Below are positions 42,878 through 51,613 of a DNA stretch of 64,000 bases, one piece after another. How positions within the stretch are numbered: the stretch's first letter is position 1; each line of letters opens with the position of its first letter. Source of the stretch: an uncultured Parachlamydiaceae bacterium (GTDB lineage Bacteria > Chlamydiota > Chlamydiia > Chlamydiales > Parachlamydiaceae); NCBI GenBank assembly GCA_963752155.1, contig CAVVXH010000011.1, positions 224,001-288,000 on the forward strand. The letters run 5' to 3'. The position numbers and the translations under genes were made by a program. The notes beneath the pieces are model-generated. The model ran no database searches, was not told where the DNA came from, and saw only the letters and a program-made list of their open reading frames with translations.

Positions 42878-43018
42878 AGTATTCAAATAGGGGTAGATAA
42901 TTAGTCCTATTTCCTAATTTCTACATAAATGTTTTTCATTTATTTAGCAATTCCCTGGGATCGGACCCAGAGCAGGTCCGGCATCGCTTACATGGATTAA
43001 TTTAGTGAGGATAGCTAA

Positions 43019-43615
43019 TTACATCTTTTCATGAAGTATCTGAAGAGCCTCTGCATAGGTTTCTTCGTATTCATGCATAGATTTAAAATATTTATATGTT
43101 TTCTGGTTTTTTCTTTCAGGATTGTGTGTGACATAAGTGAGTATCCCACGTCTTATCTCTCCTATCCCTATTTCCGGGTCATATACCCAATACCCTTCAT
43201 GATCGTGGTTATAAATAGCCATTTGAATATTCTCTATTGTAAAGGGCTTATTCTCTAAGGAATATTGAATCTCTTCATTTGAGGTCACATTATGTAGTAA
43301 CATCTCGGCAAATTCTATAAGAAATTTTCTCAATTGATCTTTAGAAAGATTTTGATATGAACTAAAGTCTAAACCTAATCTTTTGATCTTCCCTTCCGGC
43401 ATAGAAACTATTGTTCCAATAACGGCAATTTTATATTTTTTGGTTATTGAAGAAGATGTCTCATAAAGTATTTGGTTTACCAAACGCTCACTTTTGGAAA
43501 GATATTTATCTTCTGCATCAAACCAAAATAATATTCTATCTCGAAAATCAACTGAGATTAAGGAAGATAAGATCAAGACAATAAGAATAAAAACAATAAA
43601 ATAAATAAATTTCAT
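43019..43615 (-). CDS. Putative immunity protein for the Rhs tip
   Basis: Its ATG overlaps the Rhs stop (TAATG); AT-rich; N-terminal hydrophobic anchor; position typical of immunity genes. Confidence 0.6.
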   Translation of the reverse strand: MKFIYFIVFILIVLILSSLISVDFRDRILFWFDAEDKYLSKSERLVNQILYETSSSITKKYKIAVIGTIVSMPEGKIKRLGLDFSSYQNLSKDQLRKFLIEFAEMLLHNVTSNEEIQYSLENKPFTIENIQMAIYNHDHEGYWVYDPEIGIGEIRRGILTYVTHNPERKNQKTYKYFKSMHEYEETYAEALQILHEKM

Positions 43616-46600
43616 TATAGCTTCCCTTGTTCAATGTAATTCTTAATATTATGCTCCAAAACACCGTAGTAAGTAGGACTTGTGAAAAGATGATCATGCC
43701 AAGGAGCATCCGGATGACTCTTTAGTTGAGTTGTCGTATCTTTCGAACACCTACTCCCCCGCCCATCAAAATGAGGGATAAGATCACGATACCAGGCTGC
43801 TCGGTAATGCTGAACTTGAGCACACGTTCTCTGAAATATGTAACCTCCTGGAGCAATTGCCAAAACATCAATGTGCTTGCGTAGCTCTTCAGGATAATCA
43901 ATAAGGGCATTTCTCACGTTAACAGCGCCTTGACTATGACAAATCTGTAGATAGTTAACATCCTTATAACCATCTTTAAAAAAGTCATTCCATTCTTGAT
44001 GCAATAATCTTACAGGTTCCGTAGCTGTAAATTGATATCCATATATATATTCCTCTGCGTCACCCATAAGTCCATGTGTAGCATTATAAACTCCATGAAT
44101 ATTAAATCCACCAATCATTGAAGAAAGGTAAGTCGAACTCTCATTATAATCTTTAAAGGAATTATTGACGCCATTCGTAAATCCAATCCTTCTTCCTTCA
44201 GGTAATTCCGTCAGTCCTAAATCTGATATACAAGAAGGTTTCCAATAGTTTTCTATACAAATACCTTCGCAAATACCTCCATCTAAAATTAAATCATTAT
44301 GAGTTTTTTCAAAATTGTCATTATAAGTGATTTGTGGCAATTCAGCAGAGGTATTGCCGGAAAAATCTATAGTGTCATAAGGATTTTTATCTTGTTCAGG
44401 AATAATAGAGATTGCAACTGACATCAAACCATAACGATCAATGTAACTCGCAGGACTGTTCTTAACGTACGCGTATAAATTAGGTCCTCCACTTTGACCC
44501 AAAGGGTCTTGCATCAGCCACTGCGCTGATTTTGGATGGTAACAACGAAATCCAAAATCAATGATTCCAATGCTAGAGGTTTCATGCCTCTTTCCACAAA
44601 ATCTCCAAGGTGAAAGGGGAGTTTCTTTCAAATCTTTCCCAAACATTGTTAGAAAACTTAGATCTGCCAATTTTCCAGATTTCATCTCGACAAGGCCTAC
44701 AATATGTCTTTGAGAAGAAAAGATGGGAGAATAGAGATTCTCACCCAACTCAATAGCCATCGGCATCGATTCTTCACCTCCGGATAAAACTTTGAGGTCA
44801 ATGCACTCATTGTTGCTACTATAGGATCCTATCTCCTCATGGTTGTTATAAAGGTAATAGAGGGTTTCTCCGTTACAAGTACGTGACATTTTACGATTAA
44901 AACTATCGTAGGTATACGTCCAAGTCGAATTGTCTTGTTCGATAGTGATTAAACGATCAAAACTATCATATGTAAATTGTGTTTTAGAATCCTTTGTCCT
45001 ACGCCCTTTGGCATCGTATGTGTAGGTTTCATCAGCCCCTTGAACCAATTGTAAAAGGGCATTGTGGGTTTGTTGTTGGCCATCCACTGATATTTGCCGA
45101 TTAAGGGCATCATTTTTATAGCGATGAGAATAGAGTGCCGTTTTTTCTTGAGTAAGCTGTTGTAAGTGATCGTGCTTAAACTGTTGCAAATCGCCATTGA
45201 CTATCTTTGAAACCAAGGTTCCTCGAGAGTCATAACAAATCTCCTTTTCTTGGTAAAAAGGATAAATAATGGAAATTGCACGAGTCAATGGGTCATATTC
45301 AAGTTCAAGTGTTCCACTTTTTTGAGGAAAAACAATTCTCCTAGGTTTGCCTGTGCGATCAAAATTTTTAAATTCAGTTTGATAAACCTTTTGGCCATTT
45401 TTAATGCGCTCAGATTTCGTCAGAAAAACAGGGCTATAAGTTTGTTTAACTGATGTCCCATCGGGATAAATACATTCCACAAGACGATTCATCCGATCAT
45501 AGACGTAACATATCTTTAAGCCGTTTTCAAATTTCTCAGAAAGCAGAGCTCCTTCCGATGAATATTTACGGACGGTTTTTTTATGGGTGTTAAGATTCTC
45601 TACGATAGTGGGTTGGCTTTTCTTATTGTAGATATAGTGATAATGAACTGATTTATCATTAGACCACTCTTCAGCAAGCCTGCCGATTCCATCATAGAGA
45701 GAATGTTTTGATGTTCCATTTGCATATTGATTTTCCGAAAGCTCTCCACGATGATTGTAGATGAAGGAAGTGGCAATCTGTTCAGAGGTGCCTGCACCAT
45801 TCACTTGGTGTATCAGACGTGAACATGAATCATATTCATAGAGTGTAAAAATAGTCTCATTGGGAAGATGATGTTCTTTTCGTACCATCTTGCCATTTAG
45901 ATCGTAATAATATTCTACGTTGGATAATAGTTTACCAGAAGGTGAGAACATTTTTGTACTTACAGGAGATCCTTTAGCGTCCGATAGAGTCATCGTTTTC
46001 ACGCCTTTAGGGTCCACCATCTCTAAGCAAGGTAAATTTATGCCTTCGTATAGGAAGTCATAATGATGTCGATAATAGGTTGTGTTGCCTAAAGCATCTG
46101 TCGTGGAGCTTAAATTACCTCTTGGATCATAGGTATTTTTTGTTGTTGCTTCACCTCCATGAGTTTGTTTCGTCGTAGAGATAACGTGGTTACTAGCATC
46201 ATAAGCTGTTCTGGTTTTAGTATAAATCCTGCCAGTTGCATCGACTTCACTTCTTGCAATGACTCGATTGAGCAAGTCGTATTCAAACTTAGTCGCTATA
46301 TAGTCTTGATCATTATCACCAAAATAATGCCATTCTTCATCGATTCTTCCCAAAGCGTCGTAAACGTATTTGGTTAACCTGTTGCCTTTGCGAATTTCCA
46401 AAACCCTGCCGGCAAAATCATATTTATATTTAGTTTTTACCCCTTCTTCATCTGTCTCTGAAACCAATAAGCTACCGGAATATTTTTTACTGATTTCTTT
46501 TAATAATTTGCCATCGCAATCATAAGTTGTTTCAGAAATAAGCCTTGACAAAGCGTCGTAGGCATAAAGGACTTTAGAATTATTTCTTTCCTTTTTTTCG

Positions 46601-49059
46601 AGAAGTTCTCCATAAAGTGAATAATGAAATTCCTCTGACGTTCCGTCGGGAAAACTAATTTGCAAGGGCAATCCGGCATCATTCGGTTTGTAGGTTGTGA
46701 CCGCTCCATTGGCATCAATTTCTGCAATCAAATTTCCTAGGAAATTATATTTCTTTCGTATTTTGGGCGTAATCCATTCTCCTGTTTCTGTTCTAATCGG
46801 AGGATAGATAATTTCTACGGGTCTTCCTTGTGCGTTATAAGCAAATTTAGTGGTGAATCCATAGGAATCTTGAATCTTAACCAATCTTCCTTCTAAGTCG
46901 TAATCTCTATAGGTGGAGAGCTCGATACCGTCAGTACATTTCAGTGTTTCTTTGATGGGGCGTTGCTGCCAATCGTACGTATATTCCTTTAAGTAATTTA
47001 AATCAGGCCCTTGCAGTTGTATTAAGGATCCATAGAGATTAAATTTTCGATGGGTCTTTTGTCCTATGGGATCTGATTCAATTATAGCATTTCCTCTTAG
47101 ATCGTTTGTCTTTTCAATTTGATACACAAATGCATTATTGGCATCATAGTAGGATTCCTTTTGTACATAACCGTGGGAATCGTAATCTAAAACTGTTCGA
47201 GAAATTCTATGCTCTTCAAGGCCATTTGAGCTCCATAAATCAATTTCTATTGGCAATCCCGCAAAAGTTGTCGTTCTATTTTTCATACGAAGGATTTTAC
47301 GGCACTTTACCCCTGTTAGATCTTCAGGAGAGCTTTTATAACCATCATCTTCAATTTTCAGGGTGCAACCTGCGTTCAAATCAAATTCATAAAATTGACG
47401 TTTTAGAATTTTGCCATCTTGTTGCACGAGAATGGATTTTGTTAAATTCGTTTCTTTTCCTTCACGTTTGTGATAGGTGAAAAGAGTTTCGAGCCTGCCC
47501 TCATGTTCTGTTACAAGTAAATTGAGGGCATTGTAAGTGTAGTGAGTCGATTTGACTTCTCCACCTTTTAGAGAACAATTAGTTTCAGTAGAGAGATCGC
47601 CTTTAACAACAATTGGAGGTGTATTTGCCCCTGTAAAGGTCTTGAAAATGCAATTTTTCTTTAGAACGTTTCCTCGTTCATCATATTCAAATTCTTCTGC
47701 AAAATGGATCACTCCATCCTTATTTTCCACTGTTTTAAAAAGTAAGTCACCTTCAAGCGGAGTCGATTTGGCCCCAAAGTGAAAGTTTTCCCGTCGATAA
47801 ATCGAACGTTTGTTAGAACCTTTATACCTTTCAATGGAACTTAAGCGATAATCTTTGGAGGAATAGTGAAATCGCGTCAGAAAGTTGCAAGAATCATAGA
47901 CATCAGTGAAGGCTTTTTTTGTTTCTTTATTTTTGTAGTAGGCAAATTGGCAGATTGGACGGAGGTCATGATGGTTATTTACTGCCATACTAATTTGGCG
48001 AACACGATCGCGATGGGATTTTTTTAAGGTTTGAGGATTTTCCCCATACACACTCATTGTATCTCCCTTTTTGTAATACTCAATGGCTACTCTATGGTGA
48101 TATCCATATCGATTTGATAGCTTTGACCCATCTTCGGGATTTGTATAGGTATAATATTCAGTGGGGAAATAATTAGATCCAGCTGCATTCATTAAAACAT
48201 TCGGACATCTATAGTCTTCTGTATCATGGAATTCAAAAAAATATCTTACAAGTTTCCCTTCATCTGAATTAGCATCGATTGAAAAGGGTTTTTTCAGATT
48301 TGCCATTTTAATAGGGTTGCCTGTGGGAAATGTAAATGCAATCTGATTAGAAACTTCTTCAGCATGTGTTAGCGCCTTAACTTTGTTTAAGATATGTCCT
48401 TCGGTTTCGTAAGTTGTTTTCAAGCCGTTTGGCCTTTTGGTAAATTTAAGATTATTTTCGGAATGGTGGTCAGGAAGGTGTTTTGAATATGAGACACAAT
48501 GATAAAAATTCTCTGTGCCATCCCCATTGATGACATTAACTCCTGCGTGTGAATGGATCGTCCGGATATTTTTGATGTTGGTTCGACCGGAAATTTCCCC
48601 TTTACCACTGTTTGTCACTCCTTTTCTAAGTATATCTTTATTAATTTTGAGGGGATCTGTCCTTTTTTCAATCGCAGTCTTAAAAGGAATGTCTCCGGAA
48701 ACAGATCCGGAAGTGATCACATGGAAATATTTTTTGCAGGTCGAAGGATAAGTCATGGCGGTCCCGACCATATTGTGGGACCAGTAGTTCCAAAACCCAC
48801 CACATTGAAATCTAGAACTGCAATAGGTTCTTTGTAGGATTAAGGGATTAGAACCGGGAAGTGCAAAATCCACACATGCATAATGGTAATCTCCATTAAT
48901 GACATTCACACCAAAAATGTTCGTCGAAGGGATTCCATAAATCGCTGTTAGGGGTGTATGTGATGATTCCAATATTTCATTTTCAGTTGGAACCGAAGTT
49001 GTATTCGCCAAAAGAAAGAATGGAGTCATCAGAAGAAAGGAAAGAATAAAACAGGACAT
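43615..49059 (-). CDS. RHS/YD-repeat protein with signal peptide and C-terminal alpha/beta-hydrolase-like domain
   Basis: VNVINGDY...LQRTY N-domain; many YDxxGR repeats; core PWRFCGKR...FGFRCYHP...W...DPLG...GPNLYAYVKNSP...IDRYGL; tip has CHSQGA, D.IP and DH.F. Confidence 0.92.
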   Translation of the reverse strand: MSCFILSFLLMTPFFLLANTTSVPTENEILESSHTPLTAIYGIPSTNIFGVNVINGDYHYACVDFALPGSNPLILQRTYCSSRFQCGGFWNYWSHNMVGTAMTYPSTCKKYFHVITSGSVSGDIPFKTAIEKRTDPLKINKDILRKGVTNSGKGEISGRTNIKNIRTIHSHAGVNVINGDGTENFYHCVSYSKHLPDHHSENNLKFTKRPNGLKTTYETEGHILNKVKALTHAEEVSNQIAFTFPTGNPIKMANLKKPFSIDANSDEGKLVRYFFEFHDTEDYRCPNVLMNAAGSNYFPTEYYTYTNPEDGSKLSNRYGYHHRVAIEYYKKGDTMSVYGENPQTLKKSHRDRVRQISMAVNNHHDLRPICQFAYYKNKETKKAFTDVYDSCNFLTRFHYSSKDYRLSSIERYKGSNKRSIYRRENFHFGAKSTPLEGDLLFKTVENKDGVIHFAEEFEYDERGNVLKKNCIFKTFTGANTPPIVVKGDLSTETNCSLKGGEVKSTHYTYNALNLLVTEHEGRLETLFTYHKREGKETNLTKSILVQQDGKILKRQFYEFDLNAGCTLKIEDDGYKSSPEDLTGVKCRKILRMKNRTTTFAGLPIEIDLWSSNGLEEHRISRTVLDYDSHGYVQKESYYDANNAFVYQIEKTNDLRGNAIIESDPIGQKTHRKFNLYGSLIQLQGPDLNYLKEYTYDWQQRPIKETLKCTDGIELSTYRDYDLEGRLVKIQDSYGFTTKFAYNAQGRPVEIIYPPIRTETGEWITPKIRKKYNFLGNLIAEIDANGAVTTYKPNDAGLPLQISFPDGTSEEFHYSLYGELLEKKERNNSKVLYAYDALSRLISETTYDCDGKLLKEISKKYSGSLLVSETDEEGVKTKYKYDFAGRVLEIRKGNRLTKYVYDALGRIDEEWHYFGDNDQDYIATKFEYDLLNRVIARSEVDATGRIYTKTRTAYDASNHVISTTKQTHGGEATTKNTYDPRGNLSSTTDALGNTTYYRHHYDFLYEGINLPCLEMVDPKGVKTMTLSDAKGSPVSTKMFSPSGKLLSNVEYYYDLNGKMVRKEHHLPNETIFTLYEYDSCSRLIHQVNGAGTSEQIATSFIYNHRGELSENQYANGTSKHSLYDGIGRLAEEWSNDKSVHYHYIYNKKSQPTIVENLNTHKKTVRKYSSEGALLSEKFENGLKICYVYDRMNRLVECIYPDGTSVKQTYSPVFLTKSERIKNGQKVYQTEFKNFDRTGKPRRIVFPQKSGTLELEYDPLTRAISIIYPFYQEKEICYDSRGTLVSKIVNGDLQQFKHDHLQQLTQEKTALYSHRYKNDALNRQISVDGQQQTHNALLQLVQGADETYTYDAKGRRTKDSKTQFTYDSFDRLITIEQDNSTWTYTYDSFNRKMSRTCNGETLYYLYNNHEEIGSYSSNNECIDLKVLSGGEESMPMAIELGENLYSPIFSSQRHIVGLVEMKSGKLADLSFLTMFGKDLKETPLSPWRFCGKRHETSSIGIIDFGFRCYHPKSAQWLMQDPLGQSGGPNLYAYVKNSPASYIDRYGLMSVAISIIPEQDKNPYDTIDFSGNTSAELPQITYNDNFEKTHNDLILDGGICEGICIENYWKPSCISDLGLTELPEGRRIGFTNGVNNSFKDYNESSTYLSSMIGGFNIHGVYNATHGLMGDAEEYIYGYQFTATEPVRLLHQEWNDFFKDGYKDVNYLQICHSQGAVNVRNALIDYPEELRKHIDVLAIAPGGYIFQRTCAQVQHYRAAWYRDLIPHFDGRGSRCSKDTTTQLKSHPDAPWHDHLFTSPTYYGVLEHNIKNYIEQGKL

Positions 49060-49409
49060 GTTAATTCCTCAAAATTATAAGGTTTTTTGTGAAGTTTTTG
49101 TTTGAAGGCTCATTCTATGTTTTAAGAATTTCAGATTCAAGCACTTTATAAATTAAAATAAATATATATATTTCAATTATTTATTTTATAAAGTTATTTT
49201 TGTTGAAGTTTTAAGGTTATTCGAGTAATTGTGGAGAGTAGTTGTGGAGATAGTAGATTAATCTTTTTTTGATATGTAAAACGTCAGCGTGGAATCGTAG
49301 CAAAAAAAATCAGGATATGGAAATTAACACTTATTCACGATGTTGTCTGGATATTTTTTTTATGTAGACCTAATCAACGATGCAAACTATACAGTGATGC
49401 AAACGGTAC

Positions 49410-49624
49410 AACGATAAGAACGATAAAAACGATAAGAACGATGAGAACGATAAAAACGATAAAAACGATAAAAACGATAAAAACGATAAGAACGATAAGA
49501 ACGATAAGAACGATAAAAACGATAAGAACGATAAAAACGATAAAAACGATAAGAACGATAAAAACGATAAGAACGATAAGAACGATAAGAAAGATAAGAA
49601 AGATGATAACGATAAAAAACGATA
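49410..49624 (+). repeat. 9-bp tandem array AACGATAA(A/G), about 24 units (locus 2, left arm)
   Basis: Directly visible; same unit as 29319-29569. Confidence 0.97.
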
Positions 49625-49635
49625 GATTAGTCTAG

Positions 49636-49690
49636 ACCATCATTTATACTACCAATGCAGTAGAATCGTTACATCGCCAGTTTAGAAAAA
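49636..49690 (+). mobile_element. IS256-family transposase fragment
   Basis: accatcatttatactaccaatgcagtagaatcgttacatcgccagtttagaaaa = TIIYTTNAVESLHRQFRK, the YTTNxxE catalytic region of IS256 transposases. Confidence 0.75.
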
Positions 49691-49737
49691 AGGGTGGAAA
49701 GCCCCTATCCCTTGACTGAGCCCTCACCGCTTTGAGA

Positions 49738-49879
49738 TTATCTTTTTATCGTTTTTATCGTTCCTATCGTTCTTATCGTTCCTATCGTTCTTATCGTTCC
49801 TATCGTTCTTATCGTTCTTATCGTTCTTATCGTTCCTATCGTTCTTATCGTTCTTATCGTTTTTATCGTTTTTACCGTT
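49738..49879 (-). repeat. 9-bp tandem array in inverted orientation, about 15 units (locus 2, right arm)
   Basis: TATCGTT(C/T)(C/T) units on +. Confidence 0.97.
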
Positions 49880-49926
49880 GATCCACGGTAGTAACAGAAC
49901 GTGTCAAGCTGTATACTCGGACTGCA

Positions 49927-50002
49927 TACGCATCAGGATAAGGAAATAAAATTTAAATTTCATTATTTCACTATTTCATTATTTCCTTATCCTGATGCGT
50001 AT
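49927..50002. repeat. Hairpin with 23-bp perfect stem
   Basis: atacgcatcaggataaggaaata ... tatttccttatcctgatgcgtat; may terminate the 50019-50423 gene. Confidence 0.8.
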
Positions 50003-50018
50003 AGATCGGAAGGATGAG

Positions 50019-50423
50019 CTACAGTTCGCTCAATGATGAGGCAGAATTTCTAAATGCAATCTCCCGGGGCCTAAAGAGTTGATTGATTCTAACCACTTCA
50101 CCCGTATGCAAATCAAATGAACGTTCGGGAACATCTTCAAAAAAATGGTCCGCATTCGGTATTAAAAACTGAACCGAATACCTTCCAACAGGTAAATTCT
50201 CAATCACAACCATACGAAATTGACAATTATCACTTTCACTATGATTAAAAAATTTTGGGTAAAACTGCCCCTCTAACTGTTCGTTCCAAAGACGAAAACG
50301 CACACGATCAAGACGTTCTTCTCTGGGACCAGTTTGGAAACTAACAACAAGGGTCCCTGATTCCTTCCCGATGCAATGCAATGCCTGAAAAATAAAAAAT
50401 AGAAATAAAAAAAAATTGCACAT
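50019..50423 (-). CDS. Hypothetical exported protein (beta-sandwich-like, possibly truncated)
   Basis: Signal-like N-terminus; GTLVVSFQTG...IENLPVGRYSVQF. Confidence 0.55.
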   Translation of the reverse strand: MCNFFLFLFFIFQALHCIGKESGTLVVSFQTGPREERLDRVRFRLWNEQLEGQFYPKFFNHSESDNCQFRMVVIENLPVGRYSVQFLIPNADHFFEDVPERSFDLHTGEVVRINQLFRPREIAFRNSASSLSEL

Positions 50424-50557
50424 GCGTGGCGACTGAAAAGATGATTAAATTTTACTTTACTTTAAGATTTTTTCTTTTCTTTTGCTATAAAGAAATGAAA
50501 CTTCTAGCAAATTAAAGTCATCCAAGGAACAATAGTACTTTCCCATTTTGAGGATTT

Positions 50558-51604
50558 ATGAAGTCTGCAATTTTAATTTTTATCTCTTTATGGTTGTGTG
50601 CTTGCACGTCAACTAACTGCTGTGATTTCCCACTGATGGGTGCTGATGAGTTTGTCATGGATTCATATATAATCCGACAAGGCAAGCTTGCAATTTTGGA
50701 AATGGAAGGTATTGATGTCGAACCAATGCCAGAAAATGCCATGTATGAGTATCTAGACACCATTGTCGAAGATGACCTGTTAAATATTGTCATCTACCAT
50801 CCTTCCAGACGAGATTTAATGGAATCCATACAATTCATCAATCATGCTGTGGGTGGATTTCGTGTCAAAGATGGAAATGTCAATTTACCAGATATCCCCC
50901 CTGTGCAAGTTGAAGGGCTCAGTTTAGAAGATGCTCGACAAAAAATCCAATGCGAATTTCAAAGTCAAATCAGCAATGTTGAAGTCTTTGTCACCTATCA
51001 GGATCGTCAAAAAAATAAAGTCGAACTCACAGGACTCGTCAACACTCCCTCCATCCCCGTAGATGGCAAAATGCGCCTTTATGAAACCATTGCCAAAGCA
51101 CGTATCCCACCGGATGCCAATCTATTTATGAGCTATGTATTGCGCTGCGGCCGCCCCTTGCCAATCGATTTACATCAACTCATCAACGAAGGGGACATGT
51201 GCCAAAATATTGTGATGCGTGGCGGAGACAAAATCTTCATTGCAAGTCCAAAAGATGGTCTAGCCGTAGTAATGGGAGAAGTGGTAAGACCCGGCCCTGT
51301 ACCCCTTCCCTACGGATTTCTTTCTCTACGTGAAGCTCTTGTCACCAGCGGAGGAATCCCCTTCACAGGAGATAAAAGGCACATTCAAATCATTCGAGGC
51401 AATTTACAGTGTCCAAAAATCTACGAGCTCTCCTGGGAACATATCATTCACCTACCTAATGACAGCCTCTTAGTGATGCCTGGAGATACAATTTACGTTT
51501 CCGCCAAACCAATCACAGAGTGGAATCGATTTATTGATCAACTATTGCCCACAGTTCTTTTGTTTAAATCAGGACATAGCGTTTATACCGTATTTGGAGA
51601 TTAA
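50558..51604 (+). CDS. wza: Polysaccharide export outer-membrane lipoprotein (Wza-like)
   Basis: Lipobox LCAC; D.LNI, DGNVNLPDI..VQVEGLS, VMGEVVRPG, L.MPGDTIYV...PITEWNRFIDQLLP. Confidence 0.85.
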   Translation: MKSAILIFISLWLCACTSTNCCDFPLMGADEFVMDSYIIRQGKLAILEMEGIDVEPMPENAMYEYLDTIVEDDLLNIVIYHPSRRDLMESIQFINHAVGGFRVKDGNVNLPDIPPVQVEGLSLEDARQKIQCEFQSQISNVEVFVTYQDRQKNKVELTGLVNTPSIPVDGKMRLYETIAKARIPPDANLFMSYVLRCGRPLPIDLHQLINEGDMCQNIVMRGGDKIFIASPKDGLAVVMGEVVRPGPVPLPYGFLSLREALVTSGGIPFTGDKRHIQIIRGNLQCPKIYELSWEHIIHLPNDSLLVMPGDTIYVSAKPITEWNRFIDQLLPTVLLFKSGHSVYTVFGD

Positions 51605-51613
51605 TTTTTTATC

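Noticed and set aside
49441..49635. ORF MRTIKTIKT...
   Set aside because: Same microsatellite artefact.
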